From the NCBI GenBank assembly GCA_951406725.2, contig OX597828.1:63984001-64048000 (forward strand): 64,000 nt of DNA, given 5' to 3'. The notes under the pieces are model-generated. The model made no database searches and was not told where the DNA came from. It saw nothing but the letters and a program-made list of their open reading frames with translations. The DNA comes from Octopus vulgaris. Its lineage: Eukaryota. The stretch's first letter is position 1. The number at the start of each line of letters is the position of its first letter. Below, in pieces: positions 1 to 12,382 of the stretch. Both the position numbers and the translations under genes were made by a program.

Positions 1-271
1 ACTAAAATGAAAAGTGCAGCCCAAAGATAACCGTGAAGTGGGTATGTGGGGGGATCATTTTCTGTTTTGGAAACAATGATACACCCTTTTCTATAGCAAA
101 ATACTGATACTAAACGACATTCTTCTGACTCTGATTCAAATTCTACTGAGGTGTTTTTGCCTGCAATCCTTTCAGGGTCGATATAATAAGTTCCAGTCGA
201 ACAGCGGGATTGACATAATCGACAATCCCCCTTCCCTAAAATTTCGGGCATATAGGAAAAGGATTATTATT

Positions 272-782
272 ATTGTGTGAGAGAGCAGTGCATGCCATCA
301 AAGTGACCCTGGGGTGCCAATAAACGAAGCCCAGTATATTTATTATGATTACCCGTCTGAAAAGGGTACACTAGGTGCATACGTCACAACCATATGTGTG
401 CTTCATGGTGAGGTGGGGCTCAGAATTTTCTTCAGGTTGAGTAGCCCATCCCGCTCAAAAGTTCCCTGAATATGGGTTGTTTAAGGACGATGAACGAAAC
501 ACCCATGTTTGCAGAGGTGAATTATCCAAACCTCAAAGAATTCCTCTCAACACATGGCTATGATGCTCCCCAACTATTTCTGCTCGTGATCAGAGATGCA
601 CATATCGTCAGCCACTAAGGGACATGCTCAACTGGTTAAGGTCAAACAACTGACAAGCAAATCTGTGGTATTGAGCAGAATATTTGCTGTATCCCATCTT
701 TTATACCAAAACAAAACAATGCACATGATAACACTTCCAGTCAGTTAAGATCAGAAGCCATGAGAGCCACTGTCTAGTACTG

Positions 783-786
<4 letters not shown>
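272..786 (-). mobile_element. Non-coding interspersed repeat (about 510 bp), probably a non-autonomous retroposon with a (TAA)n tail
   Basis: Complex, relatively GC-rich block with no long ORF, bounded by a short (TTA)n run at 263-274 and (CTA)n at 786. It resembles an abundant octopus repeat as recalled from memory; the family assignment is not verified. Confidence 0.4.
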
Positions 787-853
<67 letters not shown>

Positions 854-1539
854 ATGCCGATGAAAGAAAATGTAGGAGTGGTTATTTTTGTAAGGTATTT
901 CAATTATACATCTTCCGTTTTATTTTTTAATTCTTAACCGTAGGTAAACAACAACAAAATTCCCCCTCACTCCACAAGCACAAGAGTATTCTTCCATACG
1001 CAACATTGACACGCGAAGCTAATGAGCGTTATCACGTTCACCAATAAGTACTATGGAAAATGGTTTTTTAATGGAAATTGCAGATTCCGTTCAAAGAGCC
1101 GCGAAATAAAACCCATTTGGATCGAATATCAAAGACGGTTTCCTAATAAAGATCTCTTCGGTAAATTATGGTTGCATCCAGCCACCTATCCATATATTCA
1201 TATAAAATCTTGAATATATTTATATAATGTATATATATGTACACACACGCGCGCGCATAAGGGCATACGTATGTTTAGAGATGAGTACCAAGACTTCCAC
1301 GTGGGCACTTTAAACAATTGTGAAGATCACTTCACATAAAACCATTGGTTGTCCTATTAACCCACAAATAAAAAATATTTATCCACCAATGCGGTGTTGA
1401 GCACTCGTTCTCACTCTTCGATATTAACGTGTGTGTGTATGGGTAAGTATCTATGCATGTATATATGCATATATTCATATGTATATATATATATATATGA
1501 AATATGAATCATACAAACATACAAACACACGCACACCTG

Positions 1540-1895
1540 TTCAAAGGTGCTAAACCCATGACATGGACATCACTGTTTACCAAGCATCCCAATCTCCCTA
1601 TCAAGATTAAGGACCCAATATCTTAGAGTTAAAGACACTACAGCTTTTCAATTCCTTATTAAGAAATATCAGAGAGCTAAGATGCATAAATGTGAACGTG
1701 TTCAAAGAATCTGGAGGAATTTTTATCTAAGATTACAAATGAGCCCATATCACGGCAAGAAGTGCAAAAAAAAAAAAAAGATGGAACCAAACCCGGACAG
1801 AGGTGGTGGGGGAGGATTTCGAAGTGAATTGAAGTAAACTAGCCAACGTACCAATATTAGCCTCACAGCATGACCACAACTTCATTGAAACAAAT
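1540..1895 (+). mobile_element. Old, degenerate 3' fragment of a CR1-type LINE
   Basis: Frameshifted translation LNP*HGHHCLPSIPISLSRLRTQY...LQLFNSLLRNIRELRCINVNVFK..LEEFLSKITNEPISRQEVQ matches the C-terminus of the 12457-14562 ORF (SNPRTGRHCVVPKVP..SRVRSRY...PQLFNKLPRKLRDL..DVDIFKKHLDKLLSGIPDEPTARYE). It ends in a decayed CAGCATGACCACA...TGAAACAA tail. Confidence 0.75.
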
Positions 1896-1956
1896 GTATG
1901 TATGTATGTATGTATGTATGTATGTATGTATGTATGTATGTATCTATCTATTTATC

Positions 1957-2064
<108 letters not shown>

Positions 2065-2776
2065 ACACACACACTCATATGTACGATGAATAATGTGGAA
2101 TTTTTTAGTCTAGACGGCACTGTCAATATATAGGAGTGAAAGCTGTGAAAGTATATTTATATACATGCATTGAGGAGTGAGTGTATGTGCGTGTGTATAT
2201 AAGTGTGTCAACGTTGCTGTTGCTGTTTTAATCCAAAGTGAAACAACACTGGGCTTAATCAAAGTTATTCCAATCACGACCATCCTCACTTCCACGGAAG
2301 TATTTCATATCTGGCGCCTCTATTATGTGTCCATCCGTTTTCAAAAGCGTAACATGCTATTTGAATCAAGGTTGCTATTTCTAGGAATTCAACCGACCAC
2401 ATAATGACATTCTCAATGGCACCAATGATAAACACAATAACAAACATGTTATTTCATTCTTTAAATGTGATTTGGCTTCTATTTCGGGAAATACTTGACT
2501 TAGCAAGAGTCTATAAACAACGGAGAAATATTATGTTGATTATGATTGAGTGGGAGTAGTGTGGTGGCATTAATGCCTGCCCTAGACAGAAGCATAGTGG
2601 GAAACGATTTACATCAGCTACTGAAACCAGGGACCATGACCCTTAAATAAACCATTGACTAAACCCTCAGCTTCTTTAAGGACTATTTCGTTTCCGTCGT
2701 GTGGAGGCGTGAGATGGCGTTATGGATGAAATATTGAATTGAGTTCGAATGAAGTATGTGAAGAATTGCTGCTTAC

Positions 2777-2900
2777 CTTCACAAGGATTGCCCTCATAGT
2801 TCATGAGAACCTCATGTCTACCAACATTGGTCGGATGGTATTCCAGGCAGATGGTGCCATCTTTCTTATCCAAAATTCGGCAATCTTGAGACATTTCTTC
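2777..2900 (-). CDS. Coding exon of a filamin / filamin-like (Ig-like filamin repeat) gene
   Basis: Minus-strand polypyrimidine acceptor TTTTTCTTTTTTAG| (AG at 2902-2901) and donor G|GTAAGC (GT at 2776-2775). 124 nt, phase 0 in and phase 1 out. Encodes EEMSQDCRILDKKDGTICLEYHPTNVGRHEVLMNYEGNPCE(G), matching the filamin-repeat pattern D-x-x-DGT-x-x-x-x-Y-x-P-x-x-x-G-x-H-x-V-x-x-x-Y-x-G-x-x-x-x-G(SPF). Confidence 0.88.
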
Positions 2901-3014
2901 CTAAAAAAGAAAAAACAAACAAAAAGTTTATTCATCGATCAGAATCAATCGATCAGGTTTAAATTATTTGATTTTACTGAAAAGATTTAAAGATGGGATA
3001 TTTGTTACGGCTCT

Positions 3015-3310
3015 TTAAGTTCTGAGTTCAAATCCTACAGGGGTGAACTTTACCTTTTATTCCTGGGAGCAGGGGGAGAAAATAGGATCCAGTTAATTAC
3101 TGGGGTCGATGTTGTCGACAAACCCCTTTATTCATAACTGCTAGCCTTCTGCCAAAAGTGGAAGCCAGTTCAAATCCTGCTATGGTCAACCTTGCCTTCT
3201 ATCTCTCCGGTATCAATAAAATAACTCCCCAATCAAATATTTCGGTCGATGACATCGAGTAACAACTCCCCTTTGCTCTAAATTACTGGTCTTGTGCCTA
3301 AATGAGAAAC
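3015..3310 (+). mobile_element. Two tandem diverged copies of SINE family B (GTTCAAAT...GGGGTCGAT type)
   Basis: B-box-like GAGTTCAAATCC followed by the (GG)TCGAC/AACTTT-CCTTT...GGGGTCGAT signature, present twice. Homologous to the cleaner copies at 40336-40517 and 49918-50066. Confidence 0.7.
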
Positions 3311-3861
3311 ACCACCCCAACTCTCTCCACAGGGTATATCATATTTTATTATATCGTCTATCCTTAGAGATAATCCTTCTATGTATTTACATAAGTAGTT
3401 GATTGGTATCATTCCACTGTACCAATTAAAGATTGGTATAATATGACGGACACATTATTTACATACCATTCTATATTTTAATTCCATAACTGACAACATT
3501 TATAGAATCTCATATTACTATTTCCTGGAACAGAGCTCTCTCTATCCTTATAAGTAACATATCTTCACAGAAACGAATGCGTATTATTCCAGTTGTATCA
3601 ATTACAAATTGGTTAATGGACAAATTCCTTAGCTACCATAATGTTTTTCATTCAACAGCTAAGTTTGGTGTAATTCTTTAGCTTTTCAACAGTTCCATTA
3701 GTGTGTAGACTCTGTTAACAGCGGATCAAATAACAGATAAATGTATTATAGTCATTTGGTATTAATTTTATAATACGCTATTACCAATTATCGTTCGAAT
3801 TAATGGCAGCCATAATGTTCTATCTGGCAGCTTATCTCTATGCTATCTTAATGGTTCTAGT

Positions 3862-4053
3862 GATTGGACTACGGCCATGCTGTGGCACCGCCTTGAAGAA
3901 TTTAGCTGATCGAATTGGTACTAATATTTATTTTAAAGACTGATACTAATTCTATCTGGTTTTGTTAATGACGAACCTCGAAGACACGGGGACAAAGTCA
4001 AACCAACGCTGATTGTCAAGCTGTTAAGAACTAACACTCACACACACAAACAT

Positions 4054-4116
<63 letters not shown>

Positions 4117-4140
4117 CATTTGGTGGGTTGCCTTGTGGCT
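3862..4140 (-). mobile_element. Diverged SINE family A copy (3' part)
   Basis: GACTACGGCCATGCTGTGGCACCGCC is the reverse complement of the family A/CR1 tail. The internal block and (CA)n tract match 43324-43703. Confidence 0.65.
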
Positions 4141-4478
4141 GTCATGTTACCAAATTCACTTGCAAAGCAGCATCAACTCCGGAGTAGAATCCGTTTGCCA
4201 AAACTGCTGGGCTCTGTGATAGAATCTTTAACCACTTGGCTACAAATCGAACCAGTTTTAAAAATTTACACTTTTCACCTGCAATATCTTGTTTAAAATA
4301 CTAAGAAAAACAACTACAAAAAGAAACAATCACATTTTCTAGTTTTATTTAAGCAAATTTCAGGGTGAATCAAGTGATGTTACTTCTAGCAAGAAAAGTA
4401 ACGCAAGAGAATCAGGGGACCAAGCCGTCACTGATGAAGCGACATTTCTAATTAGAACGATGTTCAATTTACACTTGA

Positions 4479-4640
4479 AGGCGCACGGCGTTGGGGACAA
4501 AGGTTTTCGTTTCATGAAAATTGGATTGGGTATCGCGTTGTGTCCTTAAGCAAGATACTCCATTTCAGGTTTTCCCACCAGCCAACTTAGTTGTAAAGAG
4601 TACAAGTGATGTGTTGCTGCATCCCGTTCTCCTTCCAGCG
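4479..4640 (+). mobile_element. Diverged SINE family C 5' part
   Basis: GGCGCACGGC...GCGTTGTGTCCTTAAGCAAGATACTCCATTTCA matches the reverse complement of 48530-48570 (TGATATAAAGTCTCTTGCTCAAGGACA). Confidence 0.5.
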
Positions 4641-4930
4641 ACCACATCTAGGACGATTCGAAAGTTCTAAGATCGGAAGGCTGATAGAGTGCCTATGTAT
4701 AGTTGTGACTCTAGACATACTATGACAATTACCAAAAGCTCAATACGACAAATCGATTCTCGCTGGCGACCGATTGTTGCTCCATTTCAATATGACATCT
4801 AGATGGGAGTCAGCGATAAATACTCTGTGAAATGCAAGCGTCTCATCTAAGCAACCGGAGAAAAAACATTGTTTCATAGCACGATACCAAATCCATACAC
4901 GTAATAGGAAACGAGCTATCTGTTTGTCTG

Positions 4931-5010
<80 letters not shown>

Positions 5011-5073
5011 CATATATATATATGCATATATATATATACATGTACATATATATATATATATATACACATATAT

Positions 5074-5259
5074 TCTCTTTTCTCTTTTACTCTCTGGAGC
5101 ACCGCCTTTAGTCGAGCAAATCGACCCCGGGACTTATTCTTTGTAAGCCCAGTACATATTCTATCGGTCTCTTTTGCTGAACCTCTAGGTGACAGGGGCG
5201 TAAATACACTAGCATCGGTTGTCAAGCAATGCTAGGGAGACAGACACGGACACACAAAC

Positions 5260-5328
<69 letters not shown>

Positions 5329-5480
5329 CATATATACGACAGTTTCAGTTTCCGTCTACCAAATCCACTCACAAGGCATTGATCGGGGCTATAGCAGAAG
5401 ACACTTGCCCAAGATGCCACGCAGTGGGACTGAACCCAGAACCATGTGGTTGGATAGCAAGCTACTTACCACAAAGCCAT
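5074..5480 (-). mobile_element. SINE family A (tRNA-derived head, CORE-like block, internal microsatellite, CR1-like tail)
   Basis: Reverse complement of 43324-43703: A/B boxes, CTTGGGCAAGTGTCTT block, (TG)n/(TA)n spacer and GGCGGTGCTCCAG tail. Confidence 0.9.
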
Positions 5481-5521
5481 ATACATATATATATATATAT
5501 ATATGCACACATGTATATATG

Positions 5522-5591
<70 letters not shown>

Positions 5592-5593
<2 letters not shown>

Positions 5594-5756
5594 GGAGTAA
5601 ACACATAAATGTGAAACAAGATGGAAGAAAGAGTACTCAAATACCAGTGGTAGAGTAATATGCTTTATTTAAAGCACCAGAAAATTCAACAAAACCTGTT
5701 ACTCTGAATTTACTCAGAGTAACAGGTTTTGTTGAATTTTCTGCTGTTTTAAATAA

Positions 5757-5760
<4 letters not shown>
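5592..5760. mobile_element. Penelope-like terminal fragment with fold-back inverted repeat (5661-5760) inside (TA)n
   Basis: About 47-bp arms GCTTTATTTAAAGCACCAGAAAATTCAACAAAACCTGTTACTCTGA / TCAGAGTAACAGGTTTTGTTGAATTTTCTGCTGTTTTAAATAAAGT. It shares the GTACTCAA(A)TAC...AGAGTA motif with the hammerhead-bearing fragment at 47965-48156. The inverted repeat is certain; the Penelope call is an inference. Confidence 0.55.
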
Positions 5761-5788
<28 letters not shown>

Positions 5789-5891
5789 GAATAAAACTTT
5801 ATATATAAAGAACGTGAATTAAAACTTTATATATAAAGAACGTGAAATACACGAATTGACGAACACGGAAAACAGACAGTCATTCAGAGCC

Positions 5892-5941
<50 letters not shown>

Positions 5942-5954
5942 CATATATACACAC

Positions 5955-6015
<61 letters not shown>

Positions 6016-6168
6016 TATTAATATATACATATATATATATACATATATATATACATATATATATAGAGAGACATACATATACACACACACATATATATAT
6101 ATATATGTATATATATATGTATATATATATATATGTATACATATATATATATACACATATATATATAT

Positions 6169-6229
<61 letters not shown>

Positions 6230-6436
6230 CATATATATATATTGTTCATTTAGAATAATTTTTATATTCATCTGACGAACCGAAGAGAGAGATTTCGAGT
6301 GACAGTTGTAAATTTTCAAAAGTAACAAATCATACATGTCTGTGTGATGTGTATCTATCTATATATAATATACATACATACACTCGGACACAGACACGCA
6401 AACACAGACATATATATATATATATATATATATGTA

Positions 6437-6552
<116 letters not shown>

Positions 6553-6553
6553 T

Positions 6554-6617
<64 letters not shown>

Positions 6618-6772
6618 GTGAATGAATTATCCTATGTTTATCGTCAGCATGGAAAATTCGTTTAACCGAAACCCGGGTAGCAAATTCACGTCAGAAACAC
6701 GGTTGAAGCGACCTGTCCAAGGGTAGAAACTCCGGGTTCATGTGTAGAAATTTGTGTGTTGTATATGAATAA

Positions 6773-6874
6773 ATGAAAGAATGGAGTCGAACGAAGATGT
6801 TAACAAAATTCCTTTACTCTCGACATATTTCGAGAGAAAAGGAATTTTGTTAACATCTTCGTTCGACTCCATTC

Positions 6875-6880
<6 letters not shown>
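6773..6880. repeat. Near-perfect inverted repeat with about 50-bp arms (probable Penelope-like fold-back)
   Basis: ATGAAAGAATGGAGTCGAACGAAGATGTTAACAAAATTCCTTTACTCTCGA-catatt-TCGAGAGAAAAGGAATTTTGTTAACATCTTCGTTCGACTCCATTCTTTCAT, with one mismatch, followed by (TA)n. Confidence 0.9.
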
Positions 6881-6909
<29 letters not shown>

Positions 6910-7094
6910 ATACACATACACACAAAGTTATATGTATATCCCGGTCAAAACAATACATGTTGTGGACCTAACGATTATGGATTAAATATTCTATCCACTC
7001 CCGAACTTATCTTTGATAACATTATCCGAAGTGGATGAACATAGGTTCTTTCTGGACTAAGTATCCTTGAAACAATATTATTCATACATACGTA

Positions 7095-7147
7095 TCATCG
7101 GACTGCAGTCCGACGGTGGCTTCACTGGCCAAAACTTCGAAGTCACT
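7095..7147 (+). ncRNA. Degenerate minimal hammerhead ribozyme with a head-to-head remnant
   Basis: AGT-CCGACGG-TGGC-TTCACTG-GCC-AAAA-CTTCGAAG-TC-ACT has hammerhead topology with a palindromic stem III but a mutated core. The adjacent TCATCGGACTG reads CAGT-CCGATGA on the minus strand. Confidence 0.45.
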
Positions 7148-7384
7148 CTTTTAGAATAATCAATTTGTATTCTACAAAACTATAGAGCAACTCATCAGAT
7201 TAACGTAAAATGGTTTTTTATTATAAATGACGATAAAAACAGATTAGCATATCTATAGGCACACGAATATATATAACATGTGTGTATAGACATACGTACA
7301 CTGATATGGGCAATATATGTATACATGTATATATGCACATTTATACACACACACGCACATATATATATATATAGTCAAATTATC

Positions 7385-7419
<35 letters not shown>

Positions 7420-7587
7420 CATATACTAATATGTATATGCGAGGGCACTTGTGTATAAGCGTAAATATGGGTATGTATATATGAGTTTTCGTCTATATGT
7501 CCGAGTGTGTGGTTGGTGTGTATATGAAGTGTGCCTTTGGTCATGGTGGAGCAGGACTATCAAATTACTAGACTTTAATCCTCATGC

Positions 7588-7646
<59 letters not shown>

Positions 7647-9027
7647 TAATAATAATAATAAATAACAATAATAAATTGATATACTGCCAACCATCAAAAT
7701 GTTGGTTCGCTTCCAGGTTACAGATTGTGGATCTTACACACATACAGACACACGCACACGCGCGTGCGAGCAGACACGCGCACACACACACAGGTGCACA
7801 CATATGCACGTATACACACATGCACATAGCCATATAGTATAGGAATCCTGGTGTTATCCTTGGCTAAAACTCGAGGCAGATGGAATTAACTCTGATGCCG
7901 TTGTTGGTGTTGTCGATGGTAATGGTGGCGGCTGGGGTGGAGGTGGTGATGGTGGTTGTAGTGGTGGTGGTAGCATCAGGGATTGTCGGATGTAATCCTA
8001 TTAGATGTAGTAGTAGTAGTAGTAGTATTGGCTGCGCTGCTGGTTCTAGCAGCTGTGGGTCCAAACCCAACGGGACATTGGCGATAGTCAATATCCTTCA
8101 AAAATATACAGCGGCACATTGCATTTGTTTAGCCCTAGGTCAGTCCTAGTGGAGTGGAGCTATGGATTGATCAAGGATATTACAATCTCCTTATCATTTC
8201 CTCCAATATCGACTGATAGGATATATTTTGAGTGAATTTCGGCTGTTAATGTTGAGCGACCACGTTCAGGCCGCCTGGGTGGATTGTGGGGTAGTTAGTG
8301 TAAGGGCTGGCGCTGTTGTTGAAGGAGGGCAAAGGTTATGCAAACTTGATAAGCTAGAATCTCAGAATTGCAAAAGAATCTCTTGAATTCGCCTGAAGGG
8401 GATAACAATGCAAAATGATGATTAAGAGAGGAAAGGAAGTGAATCATCTCTTCATACGTACATCCATCCATCCATCCATCCATCCATCCATCCATCCATC
8501 CATCCATCCATCCATCCATCCATCCATCCATCCATCCATCCATCCATCCATCCGCCCATCCATCCATCCATCCATCCATCCATCCATCCATCCATCCATC
8601 CATACATACACAAATACATACAAATATGTATTTATACATCTTTTTAAAAATACGAATATATACGTATGTAAATGTGTGAGGGTGATTAGTAAACTCCGAG
8701 TTTAGAAACAAGGAAAAAAGTACTCAATACACACAGTGGAGTACAAATATGTTATGAACAGTTAAAATGTATTTGAATCGCAAATATGAGATCAGGTTTC
8801 AAACGATATGCATTCATATATACTCGTTTAGAGAAATCCTGATTCACAGATGCATGTATATTTTCATATATAATACTGACAAATACATATATATATACAT
8901 ATGTAATAGTATATATATATATATATATATATATATACTATTACATATGTATATATATATATAAATGTATTTTTACATCCTTGTAGCTAATATATATACA
9001 TAGTACATACATACACACACACATAAG

Positions 9028-9060
<33 letters not shown>

Positions 9061-9755
9061 TGTGTGAAACCCAGATTCTGAAACATATGGGATTCATTTT
9101 AAGAAAATTGTACAAACATATCAGCGGGGACACACATACACACGCACACAATCGAACACGCACGCATACACACACACACACACACATATACACGCATCTA
9201 GGCATCCTATGTTTGAAAATGTGTCTGTAAGAATGTTCCTGGTTCTATGACATTATGCATCATTGCAAAAGCTTTCGGTGTATCTCAAGTGCCAAAAGCT
9301 GACGGAATTTTGGAATTCTTGGATCAGATGCCAAACCAAAATCTCTGTGGAACTGTCTACATATCCGAAAAAGATTCGCATTCAAAGGATATGCTAGAGA
9401 AAGAGAGACAGATGAGGGGAAAAGGAAGAGGAAGAGAAATACAACCTTCACCTCAATAATTATTAGCAATATTTACCAGACGCTCATGTGTATACATACG
9501 TACATACATACATGTCTGTCTGTGTGTATGTGTGTGTGTAAATATACGGATTTATACACACACACACACACTCTCGAAAAGGCACATACATTCTCCACAG
9601 GGTATTTCATAATTAGCTTTGTACATATATCTACCTTTACACATGCAGGCACTCACGATGTATGTATGCGTGTGTGTAAGTGTAAATGTGTACGTGTGCA
9701 CGCGAGTGCACACGTGTGTAAATGTGTGAGAAAGAGAGGGAGAGTGGGAGAGAGA

Positions 9756-9793
<38 letters not shown>

Positions 9794-9980
9794 GAGAACT
9801 AATTTAAACCAGAATGAGGAAATCAACGCACACGAAAGATGGAAACAAAAAAATTATGAAAACTGAGAATGTTAAGGTGTGTGTGTGTGCGTGTGTGTGT
9901 AAACATATATGTTTGAGTTCGAGTATGTGTATGTTTGTGTAAATGAAGGTATATCAATATATACGTGCATATATATCATA

Positions 9981-10034
<54 letters not shown>

Positions 10035-10112
10035 TTATATATGTATATATGCATATATATATATATACTTATATATATATATACATATATATATATCATA
10101 TATATATATATA

Positions 10113-10213
<101 letters not shown>

Positions 10214-11158
10214 CTCATAGTCTAAAAGAAGAATAAAGCGCTGATTGTTAGCTGTTTTCTTTATTAATCTTACTGTCACGTCCCCTCATTCTTGTACTCT
10301 CATTCTTCCTAACTTTAAATCATTCTGGCATTTCAAGAAAGTGCAGTGCCAGGCAGACATCTTGCACTTCTGACATTTCTCTTTCAAACTCTTCCTTATT
10401 CATTGAACCGTGGAAACGATATTCATTTCCGGTTTCACGTTTTAAACAGAGATGAGAAATACATGCGGAGAGAGCTACGGTGTTGGTGCTGGTTTTACCC
10501 TTGTCCAAGAAAAGTTTCTTGCTCTCACTCGATCTGCTAGAATTAACAACTGAATCTGAATTTCCTAGGGTTTCTAAGACCTGTAAATAGGGGTCGTTGT
10601 GCGGGGGGGGGGGATAAACCATAAGTGATAGATTATTCTTAAAAATCAATGTCTTGCTCTGAATGTTTGCAGTAAGGCGGACTATGTCGAGGGCCAAAAC
10701 ATGGTGTTAAACCAGGTAGGCAGGGCGACGGATGCTGTCCACTAAATCAAACTGGACACGTCGGTTGATGAAGCCTAGATTCCCATTAAGAAAGGGATTG
10801 GAACGTCATTTGACCCTGTATCCCAGGTCATCCCAGCTGTCTCAGGGTTTACCTGAGATTAAAGAACACAACATGAAGAGCAAATATTTATCGGAAGTAG
10901 AACTTTATTTGGCGCTGCAGACTAAAGCGGATCATTCGAGACTTCGTCGTTGCTACAGCTGCAGCGTGCTGTAGTATTTTTGAATAATCGTTTGGTACTT
11001 TATAGCAGCCAATTAGACGGAGTCTTTGAGAATTGTCTGCCTTTGAACAGAAACACAGCACACAAGGATAGACATTGGTACCATGTTATGCTGTATGTTC
11101 ACAGCCGCTGATTCCTTGCAGAAACAGAAAGTTGGAGAAAGTGAGAGAGAAAGAGAGA

Positions 11159-11198
<40 letters not shown>

Positions 11199-11910
11199 GG
11201 TATACAACCAAAAAGAGTAAGAAGATAATGCCTTGACAGGTACTTTATTTATCGACACCGAAAGGAAGATAAAAAGTCGACTTCGCATCGATTTGATCTT
11301 AGAGCGCAGAGTCTTGGTACAAATACCGAAAAATGATCCGTCCGATCCTCTAAGGACACGACTACAAGTTTCCGGCGATTGACTACAAGGAAATCAGACC
11401 GGTGAGTGTGTCAAAGAGTCAAATTAATAAGGCACTAAAAGAGAATGACTCTTCCTAGGCAGGCACATACGTTCACCACCACGAACACCACCACAACACC
11501 AACACCAAGTCGACCACACCAACTGTTCCTATGACTACTAGTGTTATATTTAAGTTTGCCATGGTCCTCTCTTTATAATTGTGGAAATTGCAAGAGTGAA
11601 AGCCAAGCGGAAGGAAGTATTTCGGTAAAAAATGGTAAACGATGGATTGAAAGAAGGTCATTCAGGAGGTAAATCTGTGAGAGTGTGTGTGAATGTGTTT
11701 GCGAGCGAGGATTTGGGACGGGACTGGAAATGTCGGGACGGTAGTGTAACGACATTTTTAACTGTTTGGCCGGCATCATATCAAATCACGATGATATACG
11801 CATGCATATGTGTGTGCATGTGTGAGTGTGTGTACATACATACATTCAAGGCACCTTCTTTGGAATTTCAACATCAATAACACGGTATTTTTGTTTGTAT
11901 ATGTATTTAG

Positions 11911-11995
<85 letters not shown>

Positions 11996-12312
11996 GTAAA
12001 ACAAATGATGTATTTTTTAATCAGCAGAACGTTACAAAAGTGGTTCTGGTGCTGAGAATTTCGTGCATGGCACTGAAGAAGATAATTGGTTCCATTAAAA
12101 AATGATTAAAATCACACACACACACAGACACACACACACACACACACACACGTATGTCTTTTCTTTGAAACACTTAGATGAAGTCATGTGTTCTTATTAA
12201 ATCTCTATTAGTTGATGTTTACTTATTTTCTTATTAGTTGTGCGTCTTCTATACAAATACATACATACACATGCCAACACTGACATGTATACACACACAC
12301 ACATTATATATT

Positions 12313-12367
<55 letters not shown>

Positions 12368-12382
12368 GTGTGTGCGTGTGTA

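Noticed and set aside
2676-2894. 72-aa ORF taken as a complete gene
   Set aside because: Filamin similarity ends at the GTAAG donor at 2776; the remainder is intron read-through.
4426-4460. CTGATGA as a hammerhead core
   Set aside because: No downstream GAAA, stem III or UH, and no stem I pairing. The same applies to CTGATGA near 17619.
9230-9410. Minus-strand acceptor-like CTCTCTTTCTCTAG as a filamin exon
   Set aside because: All three frames reach stops, there is no filamin motif or clear donor, and the pyrimidine tract is explained by (GA)n.
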